Shown in pieces: positions 33,787 to 43,205 of a DNA stretch of 59,300 nt (its first letter is position 1; every line of letters begins with the position of its first letter). Source of the DNA: an uncultured Oscillospiraceae bacterium (GTDB lineage: Bacteria > Bacillota > Clostridia > Oscillospirales > Oscillospiraceae); the NCBI GenBank assembly GCA_944386955.1, contig CALXDB010000001.1, positions 1 to 59,300 on the forward strand. Direction: 5' to 3'. The translations under genes were made by a program, and so were the position numbers. Under the pieces are notes generated by a model. The model had not been told where the DNA came from. It saw only the letters and a program-made list of their open reading frames with translations, and ran no database searches.

Positions 33787-34221
33787 TCACGGCTCCAGGA
33801 TGATGGGATCTCCGGGCCGGAGGACGCCCCCCTCCAGGATCTTCACAAAGATGCCCTCCCGGGGCATGACGCAGTCCCCGGCGGCCTTGCGGATGGCGCA
33901 GTCACTGTGGCACTCCTTGCCGATCTGGGTCACCTCCGCCAGCACCGGTCCCAGCCGCAGCCGCTGGCCCACCGGCAGCTCATAGAGGCAGATGCCCTCG
34001 GTGAGGATGTTCTCCGCAAAGTCCCCCGGCTTCAGGGGAAAGTCGATCTTCTCCTGGACCTTCCGGACGCTCTCAATACCCAGAAGGCTCACCTGACGGT
34101 GCCAGTTCCCGGCGTGGGCGTCCCCCACGATGCCGTGGTCGGGCCGCAGCTCTGCCTCCGGCACCGGATGCTTCTGAATGCCCTTGCGCTCACTGATGCA
34201 GATAGCGAGGATCTCAGCCAT
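33787..34221 (-). CDS. MOSC domain-containing protein
   Basis: ICISERKGIQK...GDAHAG.WHRQVSLL...PGDFAENILTEG...LAEVTQIGKECH is a typical small MOSC protein. Confidence 0.85.
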   Translation of the reverse strand: MAEILAICISERKGIQKHPVPEAELRPDHGIVGDAHAGNWHRQVSLLGIESVRKVQEKIDFPLKPGDFAENILTEGICLYELPVGQRLRLGPVLAEVTQIGKECHSDCAIRKAAGDCVMPREGIFVKILEGGVLRPGDPIILEP

Positions 34222-34744
34222 GGTGATGTTCCTCCCCGTGGTGGTGATGTTCGCCGCACTCGGCGGCGCAGCCCCGGAGGATGTCGATGCCGTGGCGGAG
34301 GGCCGGCAGCACCGCCCCCAGGCACTCCGTCACCGCCTTCACGCTTCCGGGCAGGTTGAGGATCAGAGTGTCCCCCCGGATGCCGGCGGTTTCCCGGCTG
34401 AGCATGCCGTGGGGGGTGTGGCGGAGGCTCTCCGCCCGCATAGCCTCCGGAATGCCGGGGGTGAAGCGCTGGATCACCGAGGCGGCGGCCTCGGGAGTGA
34501 TATCCCGCTTGGAAAAGCCGGTGCCGCCGGTGGTGGCGGCAAGGCACACCTTCTTCTCGTCGCAGCAGAGGAGGAGGGCCTCCCGGATGGCCTCGTAGTC
34601 GTCGGGCAAAATGGCGGTATATACCACCTGGTATCCCGCCGCCTCCAGCATGGCCGCCATGGCCGGACCGCTTTTATCCTCCCGGAGCCCCTGAGCCCCC
34701 TTGTCGCTGATGGTCAGCACCGCCGCCGTATATTCCATATTCAC
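34214..34744 (-). CDS. moaB: MogA/MoaB family molybdenum cofactor biosynthesis protein with a His-rich tail
   Basis: [10 protein letters not shown]...DKSGP...[16 protein letters not shown]...PGSVKA. The C-terminus is [14 protein letters not shown]. Confidence 0.85.
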   Translation of the reverse strand: MNMEYTAAVLTISDKGAQGLREDKSGPAMAAMLEAAGYQVVYTAILPDDYEAIREALLLCCDEKKVCLAATTGGTGFSKRDITPEAAASVIQRFTPGIPEAMRAESLRHTPHGMLSRETAGIRGDTLILNLPGSVKAVTECLGAVLPALRHGIDILRGCAAECGEHHHHGEEHHHG

Positions 34745-35223
34745 TCCGCCTCCCTTTGATACTCGCCGCTCTTGCCGCCGCTCTTTCGCTCCAGGCGGAT
34801 ACAGTCAATGACCATGTCCTTCTGTACCGCCTTGCACATATCATAAATGGTAAGGGCCGCGGCGGACACCGCCGTCAGCGCCTCCATCTCCACCCCTGTG
34901 GGGCCGGTGCACCGAACAGAAGCTGTGATTTCCACCGCCAGCTCCGACTCATTGAGGACAAAGGTCAAATCCACCCCGGAGAGAAGCAGGGGATGGCACA
35001 TGGGGATCAGTTCCCAGGTCCGCTTGGCTGCCATGATCCCCGCCACCTGGGCGCAGCCCAGCACGTCTCCCTTCTTCATCCCGCCGCATCGGATGAGCCG
35101 GAAGGTCTCCTCGTTCACCAGCACCCGTCCCGTTGCCAAGGCCTCCCGCACCGTGTCGTCTTTGGCGGACACGTCCACCATCCGAGGCCGTCCCGCCTCG
35201 TTGAAATGGGTCAGCTCTCCCAC
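34741..35223 (-). CDS. moaC: cyclic pyranopterin monophosphate synthase
   Basis: [24 protein letters not shown]...[28 protein letters not shown]...GVEMEALTA. Confidence 0.95.
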   Translation of the reverse strand: MGELTHFNEAGRPRMVDVSAKDDTVREALATGRVLVNEETFRLIRCGGMKKGDVLGCAQVAGIMAAKRTWELIPMCHPLLLSGVDLTFVLNESELAVEITASVRCTGPTGVEMEALTAVSAAALTIYDMCKAVQKDMVIDCIRLERKSGGKSGEYQREAE

Positions 35224-35428
35224 AGTCGTCTTCCCCCTTCTCTCTTGATATGGCTATTGTAACGGGCCTAAGGCAATTTTGCAAGTCACCCGCAGCATGA
35301 TAAAGATTCCGTTAAGAAAACAACAAGCTTTGTCAAGAAAATATCAAATGCACCGGCAGGGTCTTGAGAATTTGATGGAAAAGACTACAATGGCAGACAG
35401 TGAAATTTCGTTTTCGGAGGAATCTGTC

Positions 35429-35707
35429 ATGGAAGTATCCAATCTGTTCGTGTGTCTGATGGGCATGGGCGTCACCTTCATCGGCCTGATCGCGCTGATT
35501 TTTATGACCTCGATTATGGGCGCTATCTGCCGCCGCAGCGAGAGCAGTCAGGCCAAGGCGCCCCAGGCTCCCGCCGTAATCCCCCCTGCGGCTGACGCCA
35601 TTCCCAACCGGGGCGAGCTGATCGCCGCCGTGTCTGCCGCTCTGGCGGAGGAACTGGGCACCGACGTAGCCGCCATCCGCATCTTGTCCTTTAAAAAGGT
35701 GGGCTGA
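35429..35707 (+). CDS. OadG-family small membrane protein (decarboxylase gamma-chain-like), stand-alone
   Basis: MEVSNLFVCLMGMGVTFIGLIALIFMTSIMG ... ELIAAVSAALAEELGTDVAAIRILSFKKV is the typical OadG architecture. ATG 35429 has a GGAGG RBS. Confidence 0.6.
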   Translation: MEVSNLFVCLMGMGVTFIGLIALIFMTSIMGAICRRSESSQAKAPQAPAVIPPAADAIPNRGELIAAVSAALAEELGTDVAAIRILSFKKVG

Positions 35708-35722
35708 TTGGTCAAAATGACA

Positions 35723-35752
35723 AGAGGGCGTGCCGTCCGGCACGCCCTCTTT
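35723..35752 (+). terminator. stem-loop after the OadG-like gene
   Basis: AGAGGGCGTGCC gtcc GGCACGCCCTCT followed by a short TT tract. Confidence 0.45.
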
Positions 35753-35849
35753 CCATACCGTGTCCCCGGGACGGGGGCTTTACGAAGCGGGGGAAATACG
35801 GTATAGTAAAGCTGTTCAGCGGGAAGCGGACAAAGAGGAGGCGGCAGTC

Positions 35850-36935
35850 ATGAAATGGAAAAAACTGCGGGACTGGTTTCCCGTTGGATGGCGGGAGTCC
35901 TTGCTCACTGCGGGGATCCTGATCGTAGCAGTGATCTGCTGCGCGCTGCTCCACGGCCTGGATGCCAGCGGCAGCTACGCCTCTATGGTGTTCGTGCTGG
36001 CAGTGGTATGCGTGGCCCGGGTGACCACCGGTTACCTCTATGGCATCCTGGCCTCCTTCGTGGGGGTGGTGGCCACCAACTACACCTTCACCTACCCCTA
36101 CGGTGCCTTCAATTTCACCATCGCCGGCTATCCTCTCACCTTCTGCGTCATGCTGGCGGTGTCCATCATCACCAGCGCCCTCACCACCCAGACCAAGGCC
36201 CATGAGCGGCTGCGGGCGGAGACGGAGAAGGAGATCATGCGGGCCAACCTCCTCCGTGCCATTTCCCACGACATCCGCACCCCCCTCACCTGTATCCTGG
36301 GAGCCACCTCCACCATTCTGGAGAGTGGGGACCGGGTAAGTCCGGAGAAGCAGCGGGAGCTGCTGACCCAGGTCCAGGAGGAATCCCGGTGGCTCATCAA
36401 CATGGTGGAGAACCTTTTGAGCATCACCCGCATGAACAACGGCAACGCTCTGCTCAGCAAGCAGCCGGAGGTCGTGGAGGAGGTGGTAGGCGGGGCGGTA
36501 CAGAAATTCCGCAAGCGCTATCCCAACGTCCGCATTACTATCGAGGCCCCGGAGGACTTTGCCGTAGCCTCTATGGACGCCACGCTCATAGAACAGGTCC
36601 TCATCAACATCATGGAAAACGCCGTGCTCCACGGACAAAACACCACCCGCATCACCCTGACTCTTACCCAGGACGAGAGCTGGGTGTCTATCGCCGTGGA
36701 GGACGACGGCGGCGGGGTGGACCCCAAGATTATCCACAAGATTCTGGACGACTCCTTCTCCCAGATTCGGGAGGAGCGCAGCGATATGAAACGCAATATG
36801 GGGATCGGCCTGTCCGTATGCCGCTCCATCATCACAGCCCACGGCGGCTCCATCGCCGTACGCAACACCGAGCAGGGGGCGGAGTTCACCGTAACGCTGC
36901 CCCGGGACCAAGGGGAGGAATATACCGATGATTAA
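35850..36935 (+). CDS. sensor histidine kinase, KdpD C-terminal type (DUF4118 membrane domain plus HisKA plus HATPase)
   Basis: Four TM helices resembling DUF4118. H-box LLRAISHDIRTPLT. N/G boxes NIMENAVLHG ... DDGGG ... GIGLSVC. ATG 35850 has a GAGGAGG RBS. Confidence 0.85.
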   Translation: MKWKKLRDWFPVGWRESLLTAGILIVAVICCALLHGLDASGSYASMVFVLAVVCVARVTTGYLYGILASFVGVVATNYTFTYPYGAFNFTIAGYPLTFCVMLAVSIITSALTTQTKAHERLRAETEKEIMRANLLRAISHDIRTPLTCILGATSTILESGDRVSPEKQRELLTQVQEESRWLINMVENLLSITRMNNGNALLSKQPEVVEEVVGGAVQKFRKRYPNVRITIEAPEDFAVASMDATLIEQVLINIMENAVLHGQNTTRITLTLTQDESWVSIAVEDDGGGVDPKIIHKILDDSFSQIREERSDMKRNMGIGLSVCRSIITAHGGSIAVRNTEQGAEFTVTLPRDQGEEYTDD

Positions 36936-37632
36936 AGAGAAAGTGCTGATCGTGGAGGATGAGCTGGGCATCCGCAACTTCATCGCCACCATTCTGAACG
37001 CCAACGACTACGACGCCATCACCGCCTCCAGCGGGGCCGACGCCATGAGCATGGTGACCTCCCACTGTCCGGATGTACTGCTGCTGGACCTGGGGCTGCC
37101 CGACATGGACGGCATGGAGATCGTCCGGGCGGTGCGCAGCTGGAGCAATGTGCCCATCGTGGTCATCTCCGCCCGAAACCATGAGCGGGATAAGGTGGAG
37201 GCTCTGGACGCCGGAGCTGACGACTACATCACCAAACCCTTCGGCTCCGCGGAGCTGCTGGCCCGGATTCGGGCAGCCATCCGCCACACCCGTACCCAGC
37301 TGCCCAACAGCATGATCGCCAATTCCGGCCAGTTCCGCACCGGGGACATGGTCATCGATTACGACAAGCACTGCGTTTTTGTCAAGGGGGAAAATGTGAA
37401 GCTCACCCAGGGGGAGTACCGTATCGTGTCCCTGCTGGGCAAGTACGCCGGGAAGGTTCTGACCTATGACTTTATTATTAAGGAGCTGTGGGGCCCCAAG
37501 GCCAAGAGCGACAACCAGATCCTCCGGGTGAACATGGCCAACATCCGCCGGAAGATCGAGGAGAATCCCGCCGACCCCAAGTACATCTTCACCGAGATGG
37601 GAGTGGGCTACCGCATGGCCGAGGGCGAATGA
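36928..37632 (+). CDS. OmpR-family response regulator (KdpE-like)
   Basis: Receiver domain (VLIVEDE...LLDLGLPDMDG...ISARN...KPF) plus a winged-helix output domain (LTQGEYRIVSLL...LRVNMANIRRKIE...GVGYRM). Confidence 0.9.
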   Translation: MIKEKVLIVEDELGIRNFIATILNANDYDAITASSGADAMSMVTSHCPDVLLLDLGLPDMDGMEIVRAVRSWSNVPIVVISARNHERDKVEALDAGADDYITKPFGSAELLARIRAAIRHTRTQLPNSMIANSGQFRTGDMVIDYDKHCVFVKGENVKLTQGEYRIVSLLGKYAGKVLTYDFIIKELWGPKAKSDNQILRVNMANIRRKIEENPADPKYIFTEMGVGYRMAEGE

Positions 37633-37655
37633 CCGCCCCGCTCCCTCCGCCGCAG

Positions 37656-37689
37656 ACCGCCGGAGCCCCCTGTGCTCCGGCGGTTTTTG
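37656..37689 (+). terminator. rho-independent terminator after the two-component system
   Basis: ACCGCCGGAGC cccctgt GCTCCGGCGGT followed by TTTTT. Confidence 0.7.
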
Positions 37690-37902
37690 TATAACTTTTC
37701 CCTCCTTGCAGGACCGCGGCCGCATGAATGAATTTCACCAATCCATTACAAAAGGTAATGGAAAATCGGTAGAAATTTGGCGGAAAGCAGCCGGAATATT
37801 CGGGAAGAATCCGGGAGTTGTCCGGGGTTTTGGGCCAAAATTGTGTGAAATCGCCATAAAAACCCTAGGGAACCTGCGTAGGAATTGTATGGATATTGCC
37901 GA

Positions 37903-37931
37903 TTGACTTTGAGGAGATGAAGTTTTATCAT
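37903..37931 (+). promoter_or_regulatory. candidate promoter for the liv-type ABC operon
   Basis: TTGACT, a 17-nt spacer, then TATCAT, about 90 nt upstream of ATG 38022. Confidence 0.3.
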
Positions 37932-38021
37932 ATACCCAACGCCTGAGAGGGCGCGGCGTCCCTGTATACTTCCGGAAGATTGGAGTATGGGGACTATATC
38001 AAGAAAAGGAGTTCCTGCATC

Positions 38022-39227
38022 ATGAAGAAGTTTATCGCAATGCTGATGGCTGCTGCGATGATGATGGCCATGGTTGCCTGCGGCAACACTGCCAGCAACA
38101 ACGGCAACAGCAGCAACAACGGCGGCTCTGCCGACGAGGGCGGCAGCACCGACGGCACCGTCGTCATCAGAATCGGCGGCATCGGCCCCCTGACCGGCGA
38201 CAACGCTGTGTACGGCGTGGCCACCCAGCTGGGCGCTCAGGTGGCTGTTGACGAGATCAACGCCCTGGGCGGTCCTATCCAGTTCGAGTACAACTTCCAG
38301 GATGATACCGGCGTGGCTGAGACTGCCGTGAGCGCCTACAACACCCTGAAGGACTGGGAGGCCGACATCATCTACGGCTGCACCACCACCGGACCCAGCG
38401 TCACCATCTCCGCGGAGACCTATGCGGACCGCTACTTCCAGCTGACCCCCTCTGCCTCTTCCACGGATGTGACCGCCGGTAAGGACAACGTGTTCCAGAT
38501 GTGCTTCACCGACCCCAACCAGGGCGTCACCGCCGCTGACTACATCAGCGCCAACAGCCTGGGCAGCAAGATCGGCGTCATCTACAACAACGGCGACGCC
38601 TACTCCACCGGCATTGCCGAGGCCTTCATCGCCCACGCCGAGGAGATCGGCCTGGAGGTGGTCGCTACCGAGACCTATCCCAGCGACAAGAACACCGACT
38701 ACAACGTCCAGCTGAACGCCTGTAAGGACGCCGGTGCCGACCTGGTGTTCCTGCCCATCTACTACAGCCCTGCTTCCCTGATCCTGGCCCAGGCCAGCGC
38801 CATGGGCTACGCCCCCACCTTCTTCGGCGCTGACGGCATGGACGGCATCCTGACCATGGACGGCTTTGACGCTTCCCTGGCCGAGGGCCTGATGCTGATG
38901 ACCCCCTTCAACGCCGACGCCACCGACGATGCCACCGTGAACTTCGTGGAGTCCTACAAGGAGCTCAGCGACGGTGTGATCCCCAACCAGTTTGCTGCCG
39001 ACGGCTATGACTGCATCTACGCCATCTATGCCGCCCTGCAGAACATCGAGGGTCTGGCTGATATGGACCACGAGGCCCTGTGCGAGGCCCTGATCGCCGC
39101 CTTTACCGCTGAGGACTTCAGCGTCGACGGTCTCACCGGTTCCGGCATGAGCTGGAGCACCAGCGGCGAGATCTCCAAGGATCCCGTGGTCGTGGTGATC
39201 CAGGACGGCGCTTATGTGACCATGTAA
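38022..39227 (+). CDS. ABC transporter substrate-binding lipoprotein (branched-chain amino acid / LivJ-type)
   Basis: Lipoprotein signal MKKFIAMLMAAAMMMAMVACGN. Type-I periplasmic binding fold pattern (IGGIGPLTGDNAVYG...). Followed by LivHMGF-type genes. Confidence 0.9.
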   Translation: MKKFIAMLMAAAMMMAMVACGNTASNNGNSSNNGGSADEGGSTDGTVVIRIGGIGPLTGDNAVYGVATQLGAQVAVDEINALGGPIQFEYNFQDDTGVAETAVSAYNTLKDWEADIIYGCTTTGPSVTISAETYADRYFQLTPSASSTDVTAGKDNVFQMCFTDPNQGVTAADYISANSLGSKIGVIYNNGDAYSTGIAEAFIAHAEEIGLEVVATETYPSDKNTDYNVQLNACKDAGADLVFLPIYYSPASLILAQASAMGYAPTFFGADGMDGILTMDGFDASLAEGLMLMTPFNADATDDATVNFVESYKELSDGVIPNQFAADGYDCIYAIYAALQNIEGLADMDHEALCEALIAAFTAEDFSVDGLTGSGMSWSTSGEISKDPVVVVIQDGAYVTM

Positions 39228-39403
39228 CCTGCCGGTTTCCGGCCAGCGACCATTTTATACTGACAGGAGGGTTGCCGAATACTCGGCAACCCTCCTATCC
39301 CCGATTTCAGACATGCTGATATGGCAGAAAAGATCACAAGGTCTCCTTGCGGTTTTTTCCGCCGTATCAGAGAGATGAGAAGGAAAGAGAAAGAGGTGTG
39401 TGT

Positions 39404-40282
39404 ATGTCGTTTCTCAACAATGTGATCACCGGCATCAGCCTGGGCAGCATCTACGCCATCATCGCCCTGGGCTACACCATGGTGTACGGCATCGCCAAAA
39501 TGCTGAACTTTGCCCACGGCGACGTGATCATGGTGGGCGCCTATGTGTGCTTTTTCGCCACGGGCAGCTTTGGTCTCCACCCGGTGGCGGGCGTGCTGCT
39601 GGCCATGGTGGTGTGTACCATTCTGGGCACGGTCATTGAGGGCCTGGCCTACAAGCCCCTGCGTCAGGCGCCCTCCCTGGCGGTGCTGATCACCGCCATC
39701 GGCGTCAGCTGGTTCCTCCAGAACAGCGCCCAGCTTCTCTGGGGCGCAGCGCCCAAGGTCTTTACCCCGGTGGTCTCCGGGGGCCTCAGCATCTTCGGGG
39801 GGCAGCTGAATATCTCCTATGTCACCATCCTCACTGTGGTCTCGTGCCTTGTGATTATGGTTCTCCTCTCCGCCTTCATCGGCAAGGGGAAGATGGGCAA
39901 GGCCATGCGGGCCTGCTCCGAGGACAAGGGGGCCGCCCAGCTCATGGGCATCAACGTCAACTCCACCATCTCCATGACCTTTGCCATCGGCTCCGCCCTG
40001 GCGGCCATTGCCGGCGTGCTGATGTGCTCCGCCTACCCCACCCTGATGCCCACCACCGGCTCTCTGCCCGGCATCAAGGCCTTCACCGCCGCCGTGTTCG
40101 GCGGCATCGGCTCCGTGCCCGGGGCCTTTGTGGGCGGGCTGCTGCTGGGTATCATCGAGATCTTCGCCAAGGCCTACATCTCCACCGATCTCTCCGACGC
40201 CATCGTGTTTCTGGCGCTGATCATCGTGCTGCTGGTGAAGCCCTCTGGCCTGCTGGGCAAGTATGTGCCCGAGAAAGTGTGA
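39404..40282 (+). CDS. livH: branched-chain amino acid ABC transporter permease (LivH-type)
   Basis: MSFLNNVITGISLGSIYAIIALGYTMVYGIAKMLNFAHGD is the canonical LivH N-terminus. Confidence 0.9.
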   Translation: MSFLNNVITGISLGSIYAIIALGYTMVYGIAKMLNFAHGDVIMVGAYVCFFATGSFGLHPVAGVLLAMVVCTILGTVIEGLAYKPLRQAPSLAVLITAIGVSWFLQNSAQLLWGAAPKVFTPVVSGGLSIFGGQLNISYVTILTVVSCLVIMVLLSAFIGKGKMGKAMRACSEDKGAAQLMGINVNSTISMTFAIGSALAAIAGVLMCSAYPTLMPTTGSLPGIKAFTAAVFGGIGSVPGAFVGGLLLGIIEIFAKAYISTDLSDAIVFLALIIVLLVKPSGLLGKYVPEKV

Positions 40283-40292
40283 GGTGGCCGGT

Positions 40293-41384
40293 ATGACTGC
40301 AATGAAACAAGCAAGACGGCTGCGCAAGGCCACCGTCAACTCCTTCATCAACTACGCCATTGTCATCGCGGCGTTCATCATCCTCCAGATCCTCTTGGGT
40401 CAGGACATGATCTCCAACTCCATCCAGAGCATGCTGGTGCCGGTGTGCTGCTACATCGTCATGGCGGTGAGCCTGAACCTCACCGTGGGCATTCTGGGCG
40501 AACTGAGCCTCGGCCACGCCGGGTTTATGAGCCTGGGCGCCTTCTCCGGCATCATCGTCTCCACCGCCCTGAAGGATGTGGTGGCGGCGGAGCCTCTGCG
40601 GCTTCTCATTGCCATGCTGGTGGGCGCTGTCATGGGCGGCATCGGCGGCGTCATCGTGGGCCTGCCCGTGCTGCGGCTCCGGGGCGACTACCTGGCCATC
40701 GTCACCCTGGCCTTCGGCGAGATCATCAAGAACGTGATCATGGTCCTCTATGTGGGCATCGACAGCGACGGTCTCCACATGGCCACCAAGGAGGCCAATC
40801 TGGTACTGGCCGAGGACGGTGTGGCCATTATTAAGGGGCCCATGGGCGCCGTGGGCGTCACCAAGATCGCCAGCTTCACCGCCGGCTTCATTCTGATTCT
40901 GGTGACGCTGTTTGTGGTCCAGAATCTGGTGGACAGCCGGGCGGGCCGGGCCATTCTCTCCCTGCGGGATAACCGCATCGCCGCCGAGAGCTGCGGCATC
41001 AACGTGACCAAGTACAAGCTGATGGCCTTTGTGGTCTCCGCCGTGCTGGCCGGCGCCGCCGGCGCCCTGTACGGCCTCAACTACTCCTCCACCGTGGCCA
41101 GCAAGTTTGACTTCAACACCTCCATTCTGGTGCTGGTGTATGTGGTGCTGGGCGGTCTCGGCAGCATCCGCGGCTCCATCATCGCCGCCGCCATTCTGAC
41201 GCTGCTGCCGGAGATGTCCTTCATGCGCTCCAGCAGCCTGAAGGATTATCGCATGCTGCTGTACGCCGTGATTTTGATTTTGGTCATGCTGGCCAGCAAC
41301 AATCCCACCCTCCGCAGGGCCTTCGGCGCCGTGGGCAAGAAGTTTAAGAGCAGCAAGAAGCAGGAAGGAGGCGCCGCGCAATGA
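40293..41384 (+). CDS. livM: branched-chain amino acid ABC transporter permease (LivM-type)
   Basis: AVSLNLTVGILGELSLGHAGFMSLGAF...RGDYLAIVTLAFGEI is the LivM pattern. Confidence 0.9.
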   Translation: MTAMKQARRLRKATVNSFINYAIVIAAFIILQILLGQDMISNSIQSMLVPVCCYIVMAVSLNLTVGILGELSLGHAGFMSLGAFSGIIVSTALKDVVAAEPLRLLIAMLVGAVMGGIGGVIVGLPVLRLRGDYLAIVTLAFGEIIKNVIMVLYVGIDSDGLHMATKEANLVLAEDGVAIIKGPMGAVGVTKIASFTAGFILILVTLFVVQNLVDSRAGRAILSLRDNRIAAESCGINVTKYKLMAFVVSAVLAGAAGALYGLNYSSTVASKFDFNTSILVLVYVVLGGLGSIRGSIIAAAILTLLPEMSFMRSSSLKDYRMLLYAVILILVMLASNNPTLRRAFGAVGKKFKSSKKQEGGAAQ

Positions 41385-42229
41385 GCAAGCAGTATCCTAA
41401 GCCCAAGCTGGTGCCGGTGCCCAGCACCAACATCATCCCCGAGCGGGATGTGGACAAGAGCCCCATCCTGGAGTGCCGCCACCTGGGCATCGACTTCGGC
41501 GGTCTCAGCGCCGTCAGCGACTTCAACATGGCCATTGGCCGCACGGAGATCGCCGGCCTCATCGGCCCCAACGGCGCAGGCAAGACCACGGTGTTCAACC
41601 TTTTGACCAAGGTCTACCAGCCCACCCGGGGCACCATCCTGCTGGATGGGAAGGACACCCACTCCATGACCACTGCCCAGGTCAATCGGGCGGGTATTGC
41701 CCGGACCTTCCAGAACATCCGTCTCTTCTCCAAGCTTAGCGTGGAGGACAACGTGAAGATCGGCCTGCACAACCAGGCGACCTATCCCATGTGGAGCGGG
41801 ATCTTCCGTCTGCCCTCCTACTGGCACAAGGAAAAAGTGGCCCACGAGATGGCCCTGGAGCTCCTGAGCATCTTTGACATGCAGGACCTGGCGGACCACC
41901 AGGCCGGCTCCCTCCCCTACGGTGCCCAGCGCCGTCTGGAGATTGTCCGGGCCCTGGCCACCGGCCCCAGCCTCCTGCTGCTGGACGAGCCCGCCGCGGG
42001 CATGAACCCCTCGGAGACGGCGGAACTTATGGACAACATCGTGAAGATCCGGGACACCTTCCAGATCGCCATCATGCTCATCGAGCACGACATGAACCTG
42101 GTCATGGGCATCTGCGAGGGCATCTGTGTTTTGAACTTCGGCAAGATCATCGCCAAGGGCACCCCCGCCGAGATCCAGGCCAACCCGGCGGTGATCGAGG
42201 CGTATCTCGGTAAGAAGAAGGAGGCGTGA
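41381..42229 (+). CDS. livG: ABC transporter ATP-binding protein (LivG-type)
   Basis: Walker A GPNGAGKTT, signature LPYGAQRRLEI, Walker B LLLLDEPAAGM. Confidence 0.9.
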   Translation: MSKQYPKPKLVPVPSTNIIPERDVDKSPILECRHLGIDFGGLSAVSDFNMAIGRTEIAGLIGPNGAGKTTVFNLLTKVYQPTRGTILLDGKDTHSMTTAQVNRAGIARTFQNIRLFSKLSVEDNVKIGLHNQATYPMWSGIFRLPSYWHKEKVAHEMALELLSIFDMQDLADHQAGSLPYGAQRRLEIVRALATGPSLLLLDEPAAGMNPSETAELMDNIVKIRDTFQIAIMLIEHDMNLVMGICEGICVLNFGKIIAKGTPAEIQANPAVIEAYLGKKKEA

Positions 42230-42231
42230 GT

Positions 42232-42939
42232 ATGGCACTGCTGCAGGTCAACGATATCCATGTGTATTACGGCAGCATTCACGCTGTCAAGGGCGTCTCC
42301 TTTGAAGTGAACCAGGGCGAGGTGGTGACCCTCATCGGCGCCAACGGCGCAGGCAAGTCTACCGTTCTGAACACCATCTCCGGTCTTCTCCATCCCCGCA
42401 CCGGGTCCGTGGTCTTTGAGGACAAGGACCTGAAGGGCGTCCAGCCCCACAAGGTGGTGGAGCACGGTCTCGCCCAGGTGCCTGAAGGCCGGCGGATCTT
42501 CCTCCAGATGTCCGTAGAGGAGAATCTGGAAATGGGTGCCTTTACCCAGCCGGGCTCCACCGTCGAGCCGGGCATCGCCGATGTGTATGAGCGCTTTCCC
42601 AGGCTGAAGGAGCGGCGCAAGCAGATTGCCGGCACCCTTTCCGGCGGCGAGCAGCAGATGCTGGCCATGGGCCGGGCACTGATGAGCAAGCCCAAGCTCC
42701 TGATGCTGGACGAACCCTCCATGGGCCTCGCCCCCATCCTGGTGGAGCAGATCTTTGACATCATCAAGGAACTCCACGCGGCGGGCACCACCATTCTGCT
42801 GGTAGAGCAGAACGCCCAGGCCGCCCTGGCTGTGGCCGACCGGGCTTACGTTATGGAGACCGGCAAGATCACCCTCAGCGGTACCGGTGCCGAACTGATG
42901 GCCAGCGATGAGGTGCAGAAGGCCTATCTGGGCGGCTGA
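42232..42939 (+). CDS. livF: ABC transporter ATP-binding protein (LivF-type)
   Basis: Walker A GANGAGKST, signature LSGGEQQMLAMGRAL, Walker B LLMLDEPSMGL. The ATG at 42232 lies 7 nt after AAGGAGG. An alternative GTG is at 42226. Confidence 0.9.
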   Translation: MALLQVNDIHVYYGSIHAVKGVSFEVNQGEVVTLIGANGAGKSTVLNTISGLLHPRTGSVVFEDKDLKGVQPHKVVEHGLAQVPEGRRIFLQMSVEENLEMGAFTQPGSTVEPGIADVYERFPRLKERRKQIAGTLSGGEQQMLAMGRALMSKPKLLMLDEPSMGLAPILVEQIFDIIKELHAAGTTILLVEQNAQAALAVADRAYVMETGKITLSGTGAELMASDEVQKAYLGG

Positions 42940-42951
42940 ACCTGAACCTAC

Positions 42952-42983
42952 AAAAAGAAGGGGCTGTGCTCCTTCTTTTTTTA
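42952..42983 (+). terminator. terminator after livF
   Basis: AAAAAGAAGGGGC tgt GCTCCTTCTTTTTTT, with one mismatch in the stem. Confidence 0.55.
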
Positions 42984-43154
42984 TTTTCTTTTTCCGAAAA
43001 TACCAATGGACAAAGCTGCTCCTGGCCGTTGACCTGGAGCGGGAGCCGCCATTCTGATGCGCGCCGCGTTTCAGCGCGCCGTCCTGACAGCGGCAGGGCC
43101 CATACAATTGCCCTTATCGAATCCTCCCCCACTGTGAAAACTATCGCCAGATAC

Positions 43155-43195
43155 AAAAGCCGGAGCCCCGGGGATTCCCGGGGGCTCCGGCTTTT
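43155..43195. terminator. bidirectional terminator downstream of the hydrogenase operon
   Basis: AAAAGCCGGAGCCCCGGG gatt CCCGGGGGCTCCGGCTTTT. Confidence 0.7.
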
Positions 43196-43205
43196 ATCAG
43201 AAACA

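Noticed and set aside
34214-34744. The His-rich C-terminal tail ([11 protein letters not shown]) of MoaB.
   Set aside because: It is probably a simple metal-binding or low-complexity tail. It is noted in the feature entry but is not distinctive enough for a finding.
35279-35428. The N-terminal 50 codons of the OadG-like ORF, and the 35730 start of the kinase ORF.
   Set aside because: There are no ribosome-binding sites. The 35730 start lies within the terminator hairpin at 35723-35752. Downstream ATGs at 35429 and 35850 have GGAGG-type sites.
37706-37906. 66-aa ORF in the leader upstream of the substrate-binding protein gene.
   Set aside because: It has no RBS and no recognisable family, and it overlaps the candidate promoter. 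It is most likely non-coding leader. No riboswitch or T-box features were recognised either.
35712-43107. Minus-strand ORFs of 280-440 aa opposite the two-component and liv genes (35712-37004, 36886-37725, 37746-39071, 39212-40351, 40221-41381, 41246-42238, 41917-43107).
   Set aside because: They are antisense shadow ORFs with H/G/D/A-rich low-complexity sequence. The plus-strand genes have Walker, LivH and LivM signatures.
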